Shown here: one piece after another, positions 10,073-20,103 of the stretch
Layout of the letters: each line of letters begins with the position of its first letter
Position numbering within the stretch: position 1 is the first letter of the stretch
NCBI GenBank assembly: GCA_046861655.1
Contig: JBHIAI010000003.1
Location: 1-52,285 of the forward strand
DNA from: Fidelibacterota bacterium
GTDB taxonomy: Bacteria > Fidelibacterota > Marinisomatia > Marinisomatales > S15-B10
Direction of reading: 5' to 3'
Length of the DNA: 52,285 nt
Program-made: the position numbers and the translations under genes
Notes under the pieces: model-generated
The model's database searches: none
What the model was told of the DNA's origin: nothing
The model's input: only the letters and a program-made list of their open reading frames with translations

Positions 10073-12511
10073 GTGGAAATCACTAGAGAAAACATCATCG
10101 GACGCGACATTGTTGAGGAAATGCGTGAGAGTTACCTCAACTATTCCATGTCTGTCATCGTATCCCGGGCCCTCCCGGACGTGCGGGACGGACTGAAACC
10201 GGTTCATCGGCGGATCCTTTACGGCATGAATGAGCTCGGGGTTCCCTGGAACGGGCCCTACAAGAAATGTGCCCGGATCGTGGGCGATGTTCTGGGCAAA
10301 TATCACCCTCACGGTGACGCTTCGGTGTATGACGCCCTGGTCCGGATGTCCCAATCTTTCGCCCTCCGTTATCCCCTGGTTGACGGACAGGGAAATTTTG
10401 GTTCCGTTGATGGAGACAATGCGGCGGCCATGCGGTACACGGAGGGGCGATTGACCCGGTTTGGAAGTGAGAGCCTGCAGGACCTGGACAAAGACACAGT
10501 GGACTGGGTTCCGAACTTCGATGAAACCCTGCAGGAGCCCGCTGTACTTCCCGCCAGGGCCCCCAATCTTCTTGTGAATGGATCTGAGGGCATCGCCGTG
10601 GGGATGGCCACGAAGATTCCTCCCCACAACCTGGTGGAAATCGTGGATGCCCTCATGGCCCTCATCGATGATGCGGACATGGAAACAGGGGACCTGATGA
10701 AATATGTCCAGGGTCCCGATTTCCCTACGGGTGCGGTCATTGAAGGGGTGGAGGGTATCAAAGAAGCGTATGAGACGGGCCGGGGTAAGATTACCGTTCG
10801 GGCCCGGGCGGCCATTGAGAATACCAGGCAGGGGAGATCCAGCATTGTCATCACGGAAATCCCCTATCAGGTAAACAAGTCGAGCCTTCTGGAAAAAATG
10901 GGCGATCTGGTGAGATCGAAAAAGGTGACGGGCGTGGCAGACATCCGGGACGAATCGGACAAGGACGGGATGCGAATCGTCGTTGAAACCAAGCGCGATG
11001 CCGTCCCGGAAGTCATCCTGAACCGGCTGTACGTGAACACCCAGCTTGAAGACACGTTCGGGATTATTCTGCTGGCCCTGGTGGATGGTGTTCCCCGGGT
11101 GTTGGGCCTGAAGGAGATGATGCAGTCTTTTATCGATCATCGCCATGAAGTGGTGGTCCGGAGAACCAAATTCGATCTGGCCGCCGCGGAGGATAAAGCG
11201 CACATCCTTGAGGGTCTGAAAATCGCCCTGGATAACATTGACGACGTGATCAGGACCATCCGGGGGAGCAAAGATCCCGCCCAGGCCAAAGAAGAACTCA
11301 TCAAGAACTTCAGTCTTTCCGACCGGCAGGCTCAGGCCATCCTGGACATGCGCCTTCAGAGACTCACCAGCCTGGAGGTGAAAAAGGTGGTTAAGGATTA
11401 CAAGGAGACCATCCAGATCATTGCCCAGCTGAAAGGCATTCTGGAAAGCCGGCCCCAGCGTATGGCCATCATCAAGAAGGAACTGGAGGAGATACGGTCC
11501 CGCTATGGTGACGAGCGGAGAACGGAGATTGTCCCCATCGGGAGAACATTCTCCGTTGAGGACATGATTGCCGAAGAAGATGTGGTCATCACGATGACCT
11601 ACAAGGGGTACATCAAACGGACGGCGGCAGCCACCTACCGGAGTCAGAGACGCGGCGGTCGAGGCCTTCTGGGGGCTCAAGCGGGGGAAGAGGATTTTGT
11701 GGAACACCTCTTCATCGCGAATACGCACGATGTGATGCTCTTTTTTACCGACAGGGGAAAATGCTACTGGTTAAAGGTTCACGAAATTTCTCCCGGCGGA
11801 AGGGCCAGCCGGGGGCGAGCCATCGTCAATCTCATTGACTGCGAGCCTGGAGAAAAAGTGGAAGCGTTTGTGAGTGTGAAGGAATTCGACGACGACCACT
11901 ACATCGTCATGGCCACCCAAAAAGGGATGATAAAGAAAACCAGGCTGTCCGCGTACGGGAATCGGCGCCGTGGAGGAATCTATGCCGTGGACATCCGGGA
12001 GGGCGACAAACTTATCGATGCGAGAATTACCGAAGGTGATAATGATATCATACTGGGGACCCGGGAAGGAAAATCCATCCGTTTCTCCGAGCAGCAGATT
12101 CGTCCAACGGGTCGCAAGACCATGGGGGTGAAGGCAATTCAGCTCAGCTCGAAAGACGACAGGGTGGTGGGCATGGTGGTGCTCAAACGGGAAGGGACCA
12201 TTATGGTGGCGACGGAACAGGGATACGGAAAACGAACAGAAGTCATCCAGTACCGGGCGCAGAAACGGGCAGGCAAGGGGATCATGACCATGCGGACCAC
12301 GGAAAAGGTGGGCAAGATGGTGAGCATCATGGAGGTGGTGGACACGGATGACCTCATGATCATAACGGATCGCGGCGTACTGATCCGGCAGCCCGTCTCC
12401 AAGATCCGTACCATCGGCCGGGTGACCCAGGGAGTGAAACTTATCCGGCTGGACCCCAAGGACCATATCTCAACCGTAACGCGGGTGGTTCAGGACGAAT
12501 CGGAATCGTGA
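10073..12511 (+). CDS. gyrA: DNA gyrase subunit A
   Basis: GTG start; [31 protein letters not shown] catalytic Tyr, GyrA-box QRRGGRG, C-terminal pinwheel repeats. Confidence 0.98.
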   Translation: MEITRENIIGRDIVEEMRESYLNYSMSVIVSRALPDVRDGLKPVHRRILYGMNELGVPWNGPYKKCARIVGDVLGKYHPHGDASVYDALVRMSQSFALRYPLVDGQGNFGSVDGDNAAAMRYTEGRLTRFGSESLQDLDKDTVDWVPNFDETLQEPAVLPARAPNLLVNGSEGIAVGMATKIPPHNLVEIVDALMALIDDADMETGDLMKYVQGPDFPTGAVIEGVEGIKEAYETGRGKITVRARAAIENTRQGRSSIVITEIPYQVNKSSLLEKMGDLVRSKKVTGVADIRDESDKDGMRIVVETKRDAVPEVILNRLYVNTQLEDTFGIILLALVDGVPRVLGLKEMMQSFIDHRHEVVVRRTKFDLAAAEDKAHILEGLKIALDNIDDVIRTIRGSKDPAQAKEELIKNFSLSDRQAQAILDMRLQRLTSLEVKKVVKDYKETIQIIAQLKGILESRPQRMAIIKKELEEIRSRYGDERRTEIVPIGRTFSVEDMIAEEDVVITMTYKGYIKRTAAATYRSQRRGGRGLLGAQAGEEDFVEHLFIANTHDVMLFFTDRGKCYWLKVHEISPGGRASRGRAIVNLIDCEPGEKVEAFVSVKEFDDDHYIVMATQKGMIKKTRLSAYGNRRRGGIYAVDIREGDKLIDARITEGDNDIILGTREGKSIRFSEQQIRPTGRKTMGVKAIQLSSKDDRVVGMVVLKREGTIMVATEQGYGKRTEVIQYRAQKRAGKGIMTMRTTEKVGKMVSIMEVVDTDDLMIITDRGVLIRQPVSKIRTIGRVTQGVKLIRLDPKDHISTVTRVVQDESES

Positions 12512-13203
12512 TTGACCCAGGGGCCCTGAGTTCGATCCGCGAAGGGATTGACAGGGCTCGCAAGCGGGCGGGACTCGAAGATGCTCCCCCCGTGGAAATC
12601 GTAGCGGTCACCAAAGGGTTTCCCAAGGAAGCCATCGACAGTGCCTACCGGGCCGGCCTCAGATCCATAGGTGAAACACGGGTGCAGGAGGCCGGGGAAA
12701 AAATGGATCGATTACCGGAACTTCCCGGGTTAACCCTGCGGATGATCGGCCACCTTCAGTCTAACAAGGCCCGGAAGGGTGTCTCCCTGTTCGATACCAT
12801 AGATTCTGTGGATTCTGTCAAGCTGGGCAAGCGTATCTCCAGGATTGCCTCGCAACAGCGTACGGTGATGCCTGTACTTCTTCAGGTAAACACGGGGGGC
12901 GACCCGGCCAAGTTTGGATTCTCCCTCAATGACGTGGGTGACTTGATCGAACTGGTTCACCTGCCGGGAATCAGGGTCGAAGGACTCATGACGATTGGGG
13001 CCCTCACAACCGATACGGAAGAGACACGGCGTACGTTCCGTCGTCTCCGCCAGTTGAGAGACCAACTGAATGAACAGCTGGCACCCGGTGTAAGGCTTCA
13101 TCACCTCTCCATGGGAATGACCGCCGATTTCAAGATAGCGGTGGAGGAGGGAGCCACCATGGTGAGAATCGGAACGGCCCTGTTTGGTCCAAGACCTGCC
13201 TGA
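12508..13203 (+). CDS. yggS: YggS family pyridoxal phosphate homeostasis protein
   Basis: VAVTK (PLP Lys), [45 protein letters not shown]. Confidence 0.95.
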   Translation: MIDPGALSSIREGIDRARKRAGLEDAPPVEIVAVTKGFPKEAIDSAYRAGLRSIGETRVQEAGEKMDRLPELPGLTLRMIGHLQSNKARKGVSLFDTIDSVDSVKLGKRISRIASQQRTVMPVLLQVNTGGDPAKFGFSLNDVGDLIELVHLPGIRVEGLMTIGALTTDTEETRRTFRRLRQLRDQLNEQLAPGVRLHHLSMGMTADFKIAVEEGATMVRIGTALFGPRPA

Positions 13204-13285
13204 AAACAATAGGCAGATGGCAGCCGGCAGGTGGCAGTAAGGAGATCCCGGGGCCAAGGAATAGCACGCGGATTTATCCGGGTGA

Positions 13286-13906
13286 TTGATGGGCGCAGAT
13301 TCAGAAAATCCTTCTAGCATCCAACGTCCAGCCTCAATCGTTTTCTACCTGCCGCGCCGACCGGGTTCCTACGGGAATGCATTCGCCTTTCAAGCTGATG
13401 AAGCGGCAAGAGATTTTGGTCACGATCTGTGGATCCGCCAAGGGATGTCCATTATCTCACCGGTGGAGATTTCCCTGGAGGTGTTTCATCCTCGCAATTT
13501 CTTGAAGATCCGGGACAAGTGGTCCGCCACCAGGATATGGCTGGTGGATCGCGTGCGCGGACCGTTGCCCCTTATTCAGATCGTGGACCACCGGAACCTC
13601 TCGGGACAGAATCCCTTAAGGGGAGAAACGCCCATGGGTCACCGCCCCCGATTTCCCGATGTGAGCAGGTTGTACCTGCGCAGCGATCTAGGTCTGCCTC
13701 GGGGGATCGTGACCACCGTTGGTCCGGAGCGGTTTCACGAAGAGGAAATCAATGAGGGTTCCGAGGTGAGTGCCCTGGTGGCCCTCTCCGCTGACTATGC
13801 GGGACTGGAGGTGGTGGGGATTGGGTGGAACGACCACGCAGATCCAAACGGTGAACTTCTGGGACACTTTGTCGAGGAAGCAGTGAACAGAGGGCGGTCA
13901 CCCTGA
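13286..13906 (+). CDS. Divergent purine-nucleoside-phosphorylase-like protein (probably non-catalytic)
   Basis: IVDHRNLSGQNPLRG..RPRFPDVSRLY resembles the PNP segment DHINL.G.NPL.G..GPRFPDMS..Y. The canonical N-terminal and active-site motifs are not recognisable. Start codon uncertain. Confidence 0.55.
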   Translation: MMGADSENPSSIQRPASIVFYLPRRPGSYGNAFAFQADEAARDFGHDLWIRQGMSIISPVEISLEVFHPRNFLKIRDKWSATRIWLVDRVRGPLPLIQIVDHRNLSGQNPLRGETPMGHRPRFPDVSRLYLRSDLGLPRGIVTTVGPERFHEEEINEGSEVSALVALSADYAGLEVVGIGWNDHADPNGELLGHFVEEAVNRGRSP

Positions 13907-13959
13907 GCTTCTTTCTGTCACCCTGAGGCTTTTTTACCCTGAGCCTGTCGAAGGGTGAC
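13897..13959. repeat. Degenerate REP-like palindromic repeat cluster (GTCACCCTGAG...TCGAAGGGTGAC)
   Basis: GTCACCCTGAG at 13897 and 13917, ACCCTGAGCCTGTCGAAGGGT at 13936-13956; GTCACCCT can pair with AGGGTGAC (13952-13959). Confidence 0.65.
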
Positions 13960-13981
13960 CCCACCATTTAGGACCTTTCCG

Positions 13982-14011
13982 AAAAAAAGCAAAGCCCCAA
14001 GTGGGGCTTTG
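13982..14011 (-). terminator. Rho-independent terminator of hsp20
   Basis: Stem CAAAGCCCC/GGGGCTTTG (13990-14011) with a 4-nt loop. The A-run 13982-13988 gives a U-tail on the minus strand, just downstream of the hsp20 stop. Confidence 0.85.
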
Positions 14012-14044
14012 ACCTTCTGTCTCTGTCTTGGGACAGTGTCCGAG

Positions 14045-14494
14045 TTACGAGATCTTCACTTCCAGAGCCTTTTCTTCAACCGGCTTGGTCCGGGGGACCG
14101 TAATGGTCAGGACGCCATCCTTGTAAGCGGCCTTGACGTTCTTGTCATCCACCACGTCCTCGGGCAGGCGGAAAGACCGCGAGAAGCGACCATATGCCGA
14201 CTCTCTGTGGGTGTAGTGTTTGCCCTCTTTGGAGTCTTCGACCTTTTTCTCGCCCGATACCGTCAGAAGCCCATCGTGTACGGTTACCTTGAAGTCGGAT
14301 TTCTTCATCCGGGGCGCTTCCACATGGACCTCGTAGGCGTTGTCCTTCTCGATGACGTCGAACGCGGGAACCCAGTCAACATCGGGGAAAAGGGTGTTCG
14401 CCCAGGCCCCGGTCAAGAAGCTGTCGAAGAAGCGATCGAAGTCGTCAAAGGGAGTCAAGAATCTCGCTCTCGGTGTCCACTTGATGAGTGTCAT
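14045..14494 (-). CDS. Hsp20/alpha-crystallin small heat-shock protein
   Basis: WVPAFDVIE, LLTVSGEKK, RESAYGRFSRSFRLP, AAYKDGVLTITVP, C-terminal VKI motif; AAGGAGG RBS upstream on the minus strand. Confidence 0.95.
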   Translation of the reverse strand: MTLIKWTPRARFLTPFDDFDRFFDSFLTGAWANTLFPDVDWVPAFDVIEKDNAYEVHVEAPRMKKSDFKVTVHDGLLTVSGEKKVEDSKEGKHYTHRESAYGRFSRSFRLPEDVVDDKNVKAAYKDGVLTITVPRTKPVEEKALEVKIS

Positions 14495-14562
14495 GGTAGT
14501 TCCTCCTTATCTTTATGTTTCTTGAAAGATTTCATCTTCATCAAACACGCACCCCGTTAGGG

Positions 14563-14577
14563 GCAACAACGGTGCCA
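14563..14577 (-). promoter_or_regulatory. Sigma54 (-24/-12) promoter for hsp20
   Basis: Minus strand reads TGGCAC-CGTTG-TTGC, an exact fit to TGGCAC-N5-TTGC, about 70 bp upstream of the hsp20 start. Confidence 0.75.
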
Positions 14578-14835
14578 TCCGGGCCTCTTTGGCAATTCGT
14601 CAGAGGACCACCGAACTCATGGCACAGTCCTATGAAACTTTGGCAAGTCCTGAGGGATGAGTTGGTTCGAGATGGCAGAATAAACCGGTGACGGTCGCTC
14701 CCAAGGTGGTTTTCGCTTTACTTTTAGTGTCGAATGTCCGAATTTGATTCGTTACGGGGTTGTGACAATCGGCTCTTATCAGAATGGACAGGGGAAAAAG
14801 GGGAATCCAGCCGGCTTTGAGCCTTAATCCTTGAG

Positions 14836-15330
14836 ATGAAGTACACCGGGTACCAGCTGGTTGGACTTGTCCTGTTGCGTGTTCTTATCGGCTGGCATTT
14901 CTTTTATGAAGGGGTGGCCAAGATCTTGAATCCTTATTGGTCTTCAGCCGCCTACCTGTTTGATTCCAAGTGGATTTTCTCTGGTCTTGCCAAGTCCATT
15001 GTCTCCAGCCCGGCATTGTTGACGTGGGTGGACAAGCTCAACATGTGGGGACTCGCCCTCATCGGTTTTGCCTTGATCGTGGGCCTGCTCGGGCGGTGGG
15101 CGAGCATGGCCGGGATGGGTTTGATTCTCGTGTATTATCTTTTTGCCCCACCCTTGGTGGGACTGGACTACTCCAAACCGGCGGAGGGGAGTTACTTGAT
15201 CGTGAACAAGAACCTCATTGAAGCGTGTGCTCTGTTCGTCTTGACCCTTTTTCCAACGACCCATGTCATCGGTCTCGACAAACTCCTTTTTGGCAAAGGC
15301 GTCGTGAAACAGGGGAGTCATACACCATGA
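14836..15330 (+). CDS. DoxX/DoxD-family membrane protein
   Basis: LLRVLIGWHFFYEGVAKI, hydrophobic helices, LIVGLLGRWA, EGSYLIVNKNLIE, GLDKLL. Confidence 0.85.
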   Translation: MKYTGYQLVGLVLLRVLIGWHFFYEGVAKILNPYWSSAAYLFDSKWIFSGLAKSIVSSPALLTWVDKLNMWGLALIGFALIVGLLGRWASMAGMGLILVYYLFAPPLVGLDYSKPAEGSYLIVNKNLIEACALFVLTLFPTTHVIGLDKLLFGKGVVKQGSHTP

Positions 15331-16949
15331 ATCGACCCAAGAACCCTTCCAGGGAAGAATCGAAGAAATCAGCGGGGGAAAGCACCGACTTCGAGCGAAG
15401 GGAAATCCTCAAAGGGCTGGCCACTCTGCCCGTGGTTGGCCTTTTCTTCTATAACGTATGGAAGAAGCGGAGGTTGGAGCGGTTGAAACGTTCGAGCCTT
15501 CTGGCGGATTTGATTGCCGATCGCCAGGCGCCGGCGGTGGTGACTCCAACGGCCCGGGGGGAGCATCTGAGGCTCGGGATCATTGGCTACGGCGGCCGGG
15601 GAGAGCACCTGGTGAGGGCCGCCGGTTTTGCTCATCCAGATTGGGTGGAACAGAAGGCTTCCGATGCGAAGAAGGACAAGCTTGATAAAGCTTTTGAGAC
15701 TTTTATGCAGCAAGAAGATTTGAACGTCAGCCTGGTGGGAGTCTGTGATCTTTTCGATGTCCGGGCAGAAAGGGGGTTGGCGGCGTCTTCGAATGAGATT
15801 CGACCGGGGGGCAAGCCCAGAGAAGGGGCGAAAAGGTATGGCCACTATACCGAACTTTTGGAGAGTGACGAGATCGATGCGGTGATCATTGCCACCCCTG
15901 ACCACTGGCACTCCAGAATCGCCATGGATGCGGCCGGAGTGGGCAAGCATGTGTACTGTGAGAAAGCCATGACCCGAACCTTCCCGGAGGCGGTGGAAAT
16001 GTACCATACGATCAAGAAGTCGGGCATCGTCTTCCAGCTGGGTCATCAGAACCGTCAGGTGGAAACCCATGAGCATGCGAAACGGATCGTGGAGGAAGGT
16101 CTTCTGGGTCCTGTCACCCTGGTGGAAGTCACGACCAACCGCAATTCGCCCTGGGGAGCATGGGTGTGGGACATTCACCCCCGTGCCAGTGAGAAGACTA
16201 TTGACTGGGCCACATTTCAGGAGCCCGCTCCCCACAAGATCCCGTTCGGCCAAGAGGCTCTGGAAAGATTCTTCCGCTGGCGCATGTGGTACGATTACGG
16301 AACGGGCCTATCGGGGGACCTGTTTTCTCACGAGTTTGACGCCGTTAACCAGATTATGGGTTTGGGCATACCCAAGTATGCCGCGGCCACCGGAGGGATC
16401 TACTTCTACAAGGACGGCCGGGATGTTCCCGATGTGTTTCAAGCCAGTCTCGAGTACCCTGACAGGAATCTCACTCTTCTGTACAGCGCTACCCTGGCCA
16501 ACGGGAACAACCGGGGCAATGTGTTTATGGGGCACGATGCCACCATGCAGATTGGGGGGGCGGCTGACGATTTTGCTTTCAGCGGGCTCACTGTAAGGGC
16601 CGACGCCGAATCGACCCGGTACAGGGAAAAGCTGGAAAGCGGCGTGATCAATCCTTCCCTTCCCCTTTACACCTACGCCCCGGGCTCCAAGCAGATCGAC
16701 GGCATTACTTCGCCTACGGCCAAGTACTTCGCCTCCAAGGGTTTGGTATATACGTACCGGGAAGGGAAGCGCGTCGACCCCACCCATCTTCATGTGAAAG
16801 ATTGGCTGGTGTCCATCCGGAACGGAACCCAGCCGAAGTGCGACATCGAAATGGGGTTCCAGGAGGCCGTGGCCTGTCACATGACCACGGAGGCCTATTT
16901 GAGAGGTAAGCGGGTCGAGTGGGATCCCCGGAAGAATCAAATCGTCTGA
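15327..16949 (+). CDS. Gfo/Idh/MocA oxidoreductase with Tat-type signal/anchor
   Basis: Start at ATG 15327 (ATGA overlap with DoxX stop). FERREILKG twin-arginine motif plus hydrophobic stretch; GIIGYGGRG, IATPDHWH, HVYCEKAM, FQLGHQNR, WRMWYDYGTG..GDLFSHEFD. Confidence 0.9.
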   Translation: MNRPKNPSREESKKSAGESTDFERREILKGLATLPVVGLFFYNVWKKRRLERLKRSSLLADLIADRQAPAVVTPTARGEHLRLGIIGYGGRGEHLVRAAGFAHPDWVEQKASDAKKDKLDKAFETFMQQEDLNVSLVGVCDLFDVRAERGLAASSNEIRPGGKPREGAKRYGHYTELLESDEIDAVIIATPDHWHSRIAMDAAGVGKHVYCEKAMTRTFPEAVEMYHTIKKSGIVFQLGHQNRQVETHEHAKRIVEEGLLGPVTLVEVTTNRNSPWGAWVWDIHPRASEKTIDWATFQEPAPHKIPFGQEALERFFRWRMWYDYGTGLSGDLFSHEFDAVNQIMGLGIPKYAAATGGIYFYKDGRDVPDVFQASLEYPDRNLTLLYSATLANGNNRGNVFMGHDATMQIGGAADDFAFSGLTVRADAESTRYREKLESGVINPSLPLYTYAPGSKQIDGITSPTAKYFASKGLVYTYREGKRVDPTHLHVKDWLVSIRNGTQPKCDIEMGFQEAVACHMTTEAYLRGKRVEWDPRKNQIV

Positions 16950-16965
16950 CAGAGCAGGTCGATCC

Positions 16966-18210
16966 GTGGGAGTGAAGGCTCGCTTAGGCACCATGATGTT
17001 CCTCCAGTACGCTATCTGGGGGTCCTGGGCACCCGTTCTTTCGGCGTACCTGCTGGAAGACCTCCAGTTCACCGGGTTCCAGGTGGGTGCCATCTATTCC
17101 GTTTTGCCCCTGGCGACGATTGTCGCCCCCTTTCTGGGAGGGCAGTTGGCCGACCGATGGGTTGCCTCCGAAAAACTGATCGCGTTCCTCCAGTTCACAG
17201 GGGGCATCCTGCTCCTGATCATGTCCCAGGCCACGGACTATCCGGTCATGCTGGGACTGATGTTCGTTTATTGTCTTCTGTACGCCCCCACCCTGGCCAT
17301 CACCAACTCCATCGCCATGATCAACTTGGGGGACTCCGAGGAAGAGTTCGGGGGTATCCGGGTATGGGGCACCCTGGGGTGGATCGCTGCCGGTTGGTTG
17401 CTGACGGCGTGGCGGTCGGTGGGTGAAAGTCTTATGTTCAGGGGAGATACCCTGATGCTGGCGGGGATATTCTCGGTGATCATGGGCATTCAAGCCCTCA
17501 TCCTTCCCCATACTCCCCCGAAGAAGGAAGGGGTGAACCCTCTGGCCTTTCTGGAAGCCCTCAGGATGCTGAAGGACAAGAACTTCCTGATCTTCATGGG
17601 CATCACCTTCGTGGTGGCCACGGAACTGGAGTTCTACTACATCCTCACGGCCCCCTTTCTCCGGTCCGAAGGGATAGGCTTGTCGGATAAGGTGGTCCCT
17701 GCGGTTATGACCATCGCCCAGATCGCTGAGATCTTCGTCATGGCCTATTTGCTGTCGCGTTTCTTAAAAAAGTACGGGATGCGCACCACGCTGGCTTTCG
17801 GCGTTTTGGCCTGGCCCTTGCGTTATATCATCTTTGCCATCGGTCGGCCCGCCTGGCTGGTGATTGCCTCCCTGACCCTTCACGGCTTCTGCTACGTCTT
17901 TTTCTTTGTAGCTGCCTTTATCTATGTGGATAAGGAGGCACCGCGAGATATCCGGGCTTCGGCTCAGAGCCTGATTGCTATCGTGGCCCTGGGCCTGGGA
18001 CGCTTTCTGGGGAGCCTGTTCGCGGGGCAGATTCAGACCCTGTTTACCGATGCCTCCGGAGTGACGAACTGGACCAACACATTCATCGTTCCGTGCGTGT
18101 TGACCATCCTGTCCGCGGCGGCCTTCCTTGTTTTCTTCCGGGAAGAGAAAAAGCCACTGGCAGTGGCGGTAGGAGCCGATGCCCCCGAAGACGCAGGATC
18201 AAGCGGATGA
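16966..18210 (+). CDS. MFS nucleoside:H+ symporter family transporter (NupG/YegT-like)
   Basis: MMFLQYAIWGSW, GQLADR, IRVWGTLGWI, AQIAEI, LHGFCYVFFF, IRASAQSL; about 12 hydrophobic segments. Confidence 0.88.
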   Translation: MGVKARLGTMMFLQYAIWGSWAPVLSAYLLEDLQFTGFQVGAIYSVLPLATIVAPFLGGQLADRWVASEKLIAFLQFTGGILLLIMSQATDYPVMLGLMFVYCLLYAPTLAITNSIAMINLGDSEEEFGGIRVWGTLGWIAAGWLLTAWRSVGESLMFRGDTLMLAGIFSVIMGIQALILPHTPPKKEGVNPLAFLEALRMLKDKNFLIFMGITFVVATELEFYYILTAPFLRSEGIGLSDKVVPAVMTIAQIAEIFVMAYLLSRFLKKYGMRTTLAFGVLAWPLRYIIFAIGRPAWLVIASLTLHGFCYVFFFVAAFIYVDKEAPRDIRASAQSLIAIVALGLGRFLGSLFAGQIQTLFTDASGVTNWTNTFIVPCVLTILSAAAFLVFFREEKKPLAVAVGADAPEDAGSSG

Positions 18211-19457
18211 ACGACCAGAGGTTGGGTATAGGTTTGATCGGTGGCGGATTCGTTTCCCGTTTTCACGTCCGGTCACTCAAAGGCGTTCGGAATGCCGACA
18301 TTCTGGGTGTGGTCTCCAGAACAAAAAAGTCCGCGGAGGAAACTGCCTCTCTGGCCCGGCAGACCGGGGTGGGAGAGGCGAAGGTATTCAACTCCATCAC
18401 CGAGATGGTGGCCGAACCATCCATCGGGGCGGTGTGGATATGTTTCCCCAATTTTGCCCGGCTGGAGGTTATGGAAGAGATCGCCCAGGCCGTGGAGTCG
18501 GGCAAGGGAGAGTTGACAGGGGTTGCGTGTGAGAAACCGCTGGGACGAAACGCTGCCGAAGCCCGAAAAATGCTTGAACTGGCTGAGAGGGTGAACCTCC
18601 TGGACGGATATCTGGAAAACCAGGTCTTTGCTCCGTCCGTGACCCGGGGAAAGGAGATCATCTGGGCGAGGGGCGCTGCCACCACTGGCCGTCCCTATCT
18701 CGCCCGGGCTTCGGAAGAACACAGCGGTCCCCACATGCCCTGGTTCTGGGAGGGCGAGCTTCAGGGGGGTGGTGTCCTGAATGATATGATGTGCCACTCG
18801 GTGGAGACGGCCCGCTATATGCTCACTCCCCCAGGCGCGGACCGGGAGGCGTTGACTCCGGTCAGCGTGAACGCCTACGCCGCCTGTCTGAAATGGCAGA
18901 GACCGGAATTCGCAGATCACCTCTCGAAACTGAGCCAGGGCAGAATCGACTACCTGAAGCGTCCGGCAGAAGATTTCGCCCGTTCCCTGGTCGAATACAG
19001 GTCTGACCAGGGGCTAAAGGTCGTGGTGGAAACCACCACGTCCTGGTGCTTCGTAGGGGCAGGGCTGCGACTTAGTATGGAGCTTCTTGGGCCGGAGTAT
19101 TCCATGTTTGTCAATACACTCGATTCGGATTTACAGATTTTCCTGAGCCGAAACGTGAAGGGTTCGGAAGGTGAAGATCTGGTGGAAAAACAGAACGCCG
19201 AATCGGGCGTGATGCCCGTGGTGAGCAGCGAGACCGAGGTCTACGGATACACGGCCGAAAACCGGCATATGGTGGAGTCGTTTCTGGCGGGGAAACGCCC
19301 AAGGGAGAACTTCGCGGACGGCGTCAATGTCACCGAGCTACTCATGACCGCCTACATGAGCGCTGAGCAGGGGAAAACCATTCCGTTTCCACCTCCGGGG
19401 CTGGGCTCATTCGTCCCGGCGGTGGCAAAAGGAGAATGGAATCCAAGAGACGACTAG
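18207..19457 (+). CDS. Gfo/Idh/MocA oxidoreductase (cytoplasmic)
   Basis: Start ATG 18207 overlapping the MFS stop; GLIGGGFVSRFH Rossmann motif, ACEKPLG, EEHSGPH..WFW..GGGVLNDMMCHS. Confidence 0.9.
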   Translation: MNDQRLGIGLIGGGFVSRFHVRSLKGVRNADILGVVSRTKKSAEETASLARQTGVGEAKVFNSITEMVAEPSIGAVWICFPNFARLEVMEEIAQAVESGKGELTGVACEKPLGRNAAEARKMLELAERVNLLDGYLENQVFAPSVTRGKEIIWARGAATTGRPYLARASEEHSGPHMPWFWEGELQGGGVLNDMMCHSVETARYMLTPPGADREALTPVSVNAYAACLKWQRPEFADHLSKLSQGRIDYLKRPAEDFARSLVEYRSDQGLKVVVETTTSWCFVGAGLRLSMELLGPEYSMFVNTLDSDLQIFLSRNVKGSEGEDLVEKQNAESGVMPVVSSETEVYGYTAENRHMVESFLAGKRPRENFADGVNVTELLMTAYMSAEQGKTIPFPPPGLGSFVPAVAKGEWNPRDD

Positions 19458-19467
19458 AGGAAAACCC

Positions 19468-20100
19468 ATGATCATACGATCTTTAGCCGTTCTTCTCGTG
19501 GCGGCAGTGTTGACGGGGCTGTTCCGGTCAGGCCGGGAGGGTTTTGAACGGATTCTCAAGGAGGAAAAGGGGGTCTTTTCAAAACAGGGGTGGAATCACT
19601 ACGGACCCGGGTATTTTGAGCTGGACAGAACCAGGGGGGTTCTGAAATCCAGGGGAGGAATGGGACTCTTCTGGTACAGCGCCAGGAAGTTTCGTGACTT
19701 TGTGCTGGAGCTCGATTTCAAGTGCATGGAGCCGGAAGCCAACTCGGGGGTATTCTTGAGAGTTCCCGAGATGCCGGCCAATGATGACTACATCTATCAT
19801 GCCTTTGAGGTACAGATCAACGATGCAGCGGAAGGTGTCCATAAGACGGGCGCTGTCTATGATGCCCAGGCTCCGGGGAAAGATGCTTCCAAGCCCACCG
19901 GAGAGTGGAACCATTACAGGATTACCTTCAGGGGAAAGCAGATTGAGGTGGAATTGAACGGGGAAAAGATTCTCGATTGGGAAGCTGAACCCAGGGGGAA
20001 GGTTCTCGATTTCGCGGAGGAAGGCTACATTGGGCTACAGAACCATGACTGGGAAACCTCAGTCCATTTCAAGGATATCTTCATCAAAGAGCTGAAATAA
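19468..20100 (+). CDS. DUF1080 protein (3-keto-glycoside hydrolase/lyase family)
   Basis: Signal peptide; FRDFVLELDFK, NSGVFLR, EVQIND, GAVYD, GEWNHYRI, GYIGLQNH, VHFKDIFIKEL. Confidence 0.9.
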   Translation: MIIRSLAVLLVAAVLTGLFRSGREGFERILKEEKGVFSKQGWNHYGPGYFELDRTRGVLKSRGGMGLFWYSARKFRDFVLELDFKCMEPEANSGVFLRVPEMPANDDYIYHAFEVQINDAAEGVHKTGAVYDAQAPGKDASKPTGEWNHYRITFRGKQIEVELNGEKILDWEAEPRGKVLDFAEEGYIGLQNHDWETSVHFKDIFIKELK

Positions 20101-20103
20101 TCC

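Noticed and set aside
10055..11728. 557-aa minus-strand ORF
   Set aside because: Antisense shadow of gyrA.
13955..14560. 201-aa plus-strand ORF
   Set aside because: Antisense to the well-supported hsp20.
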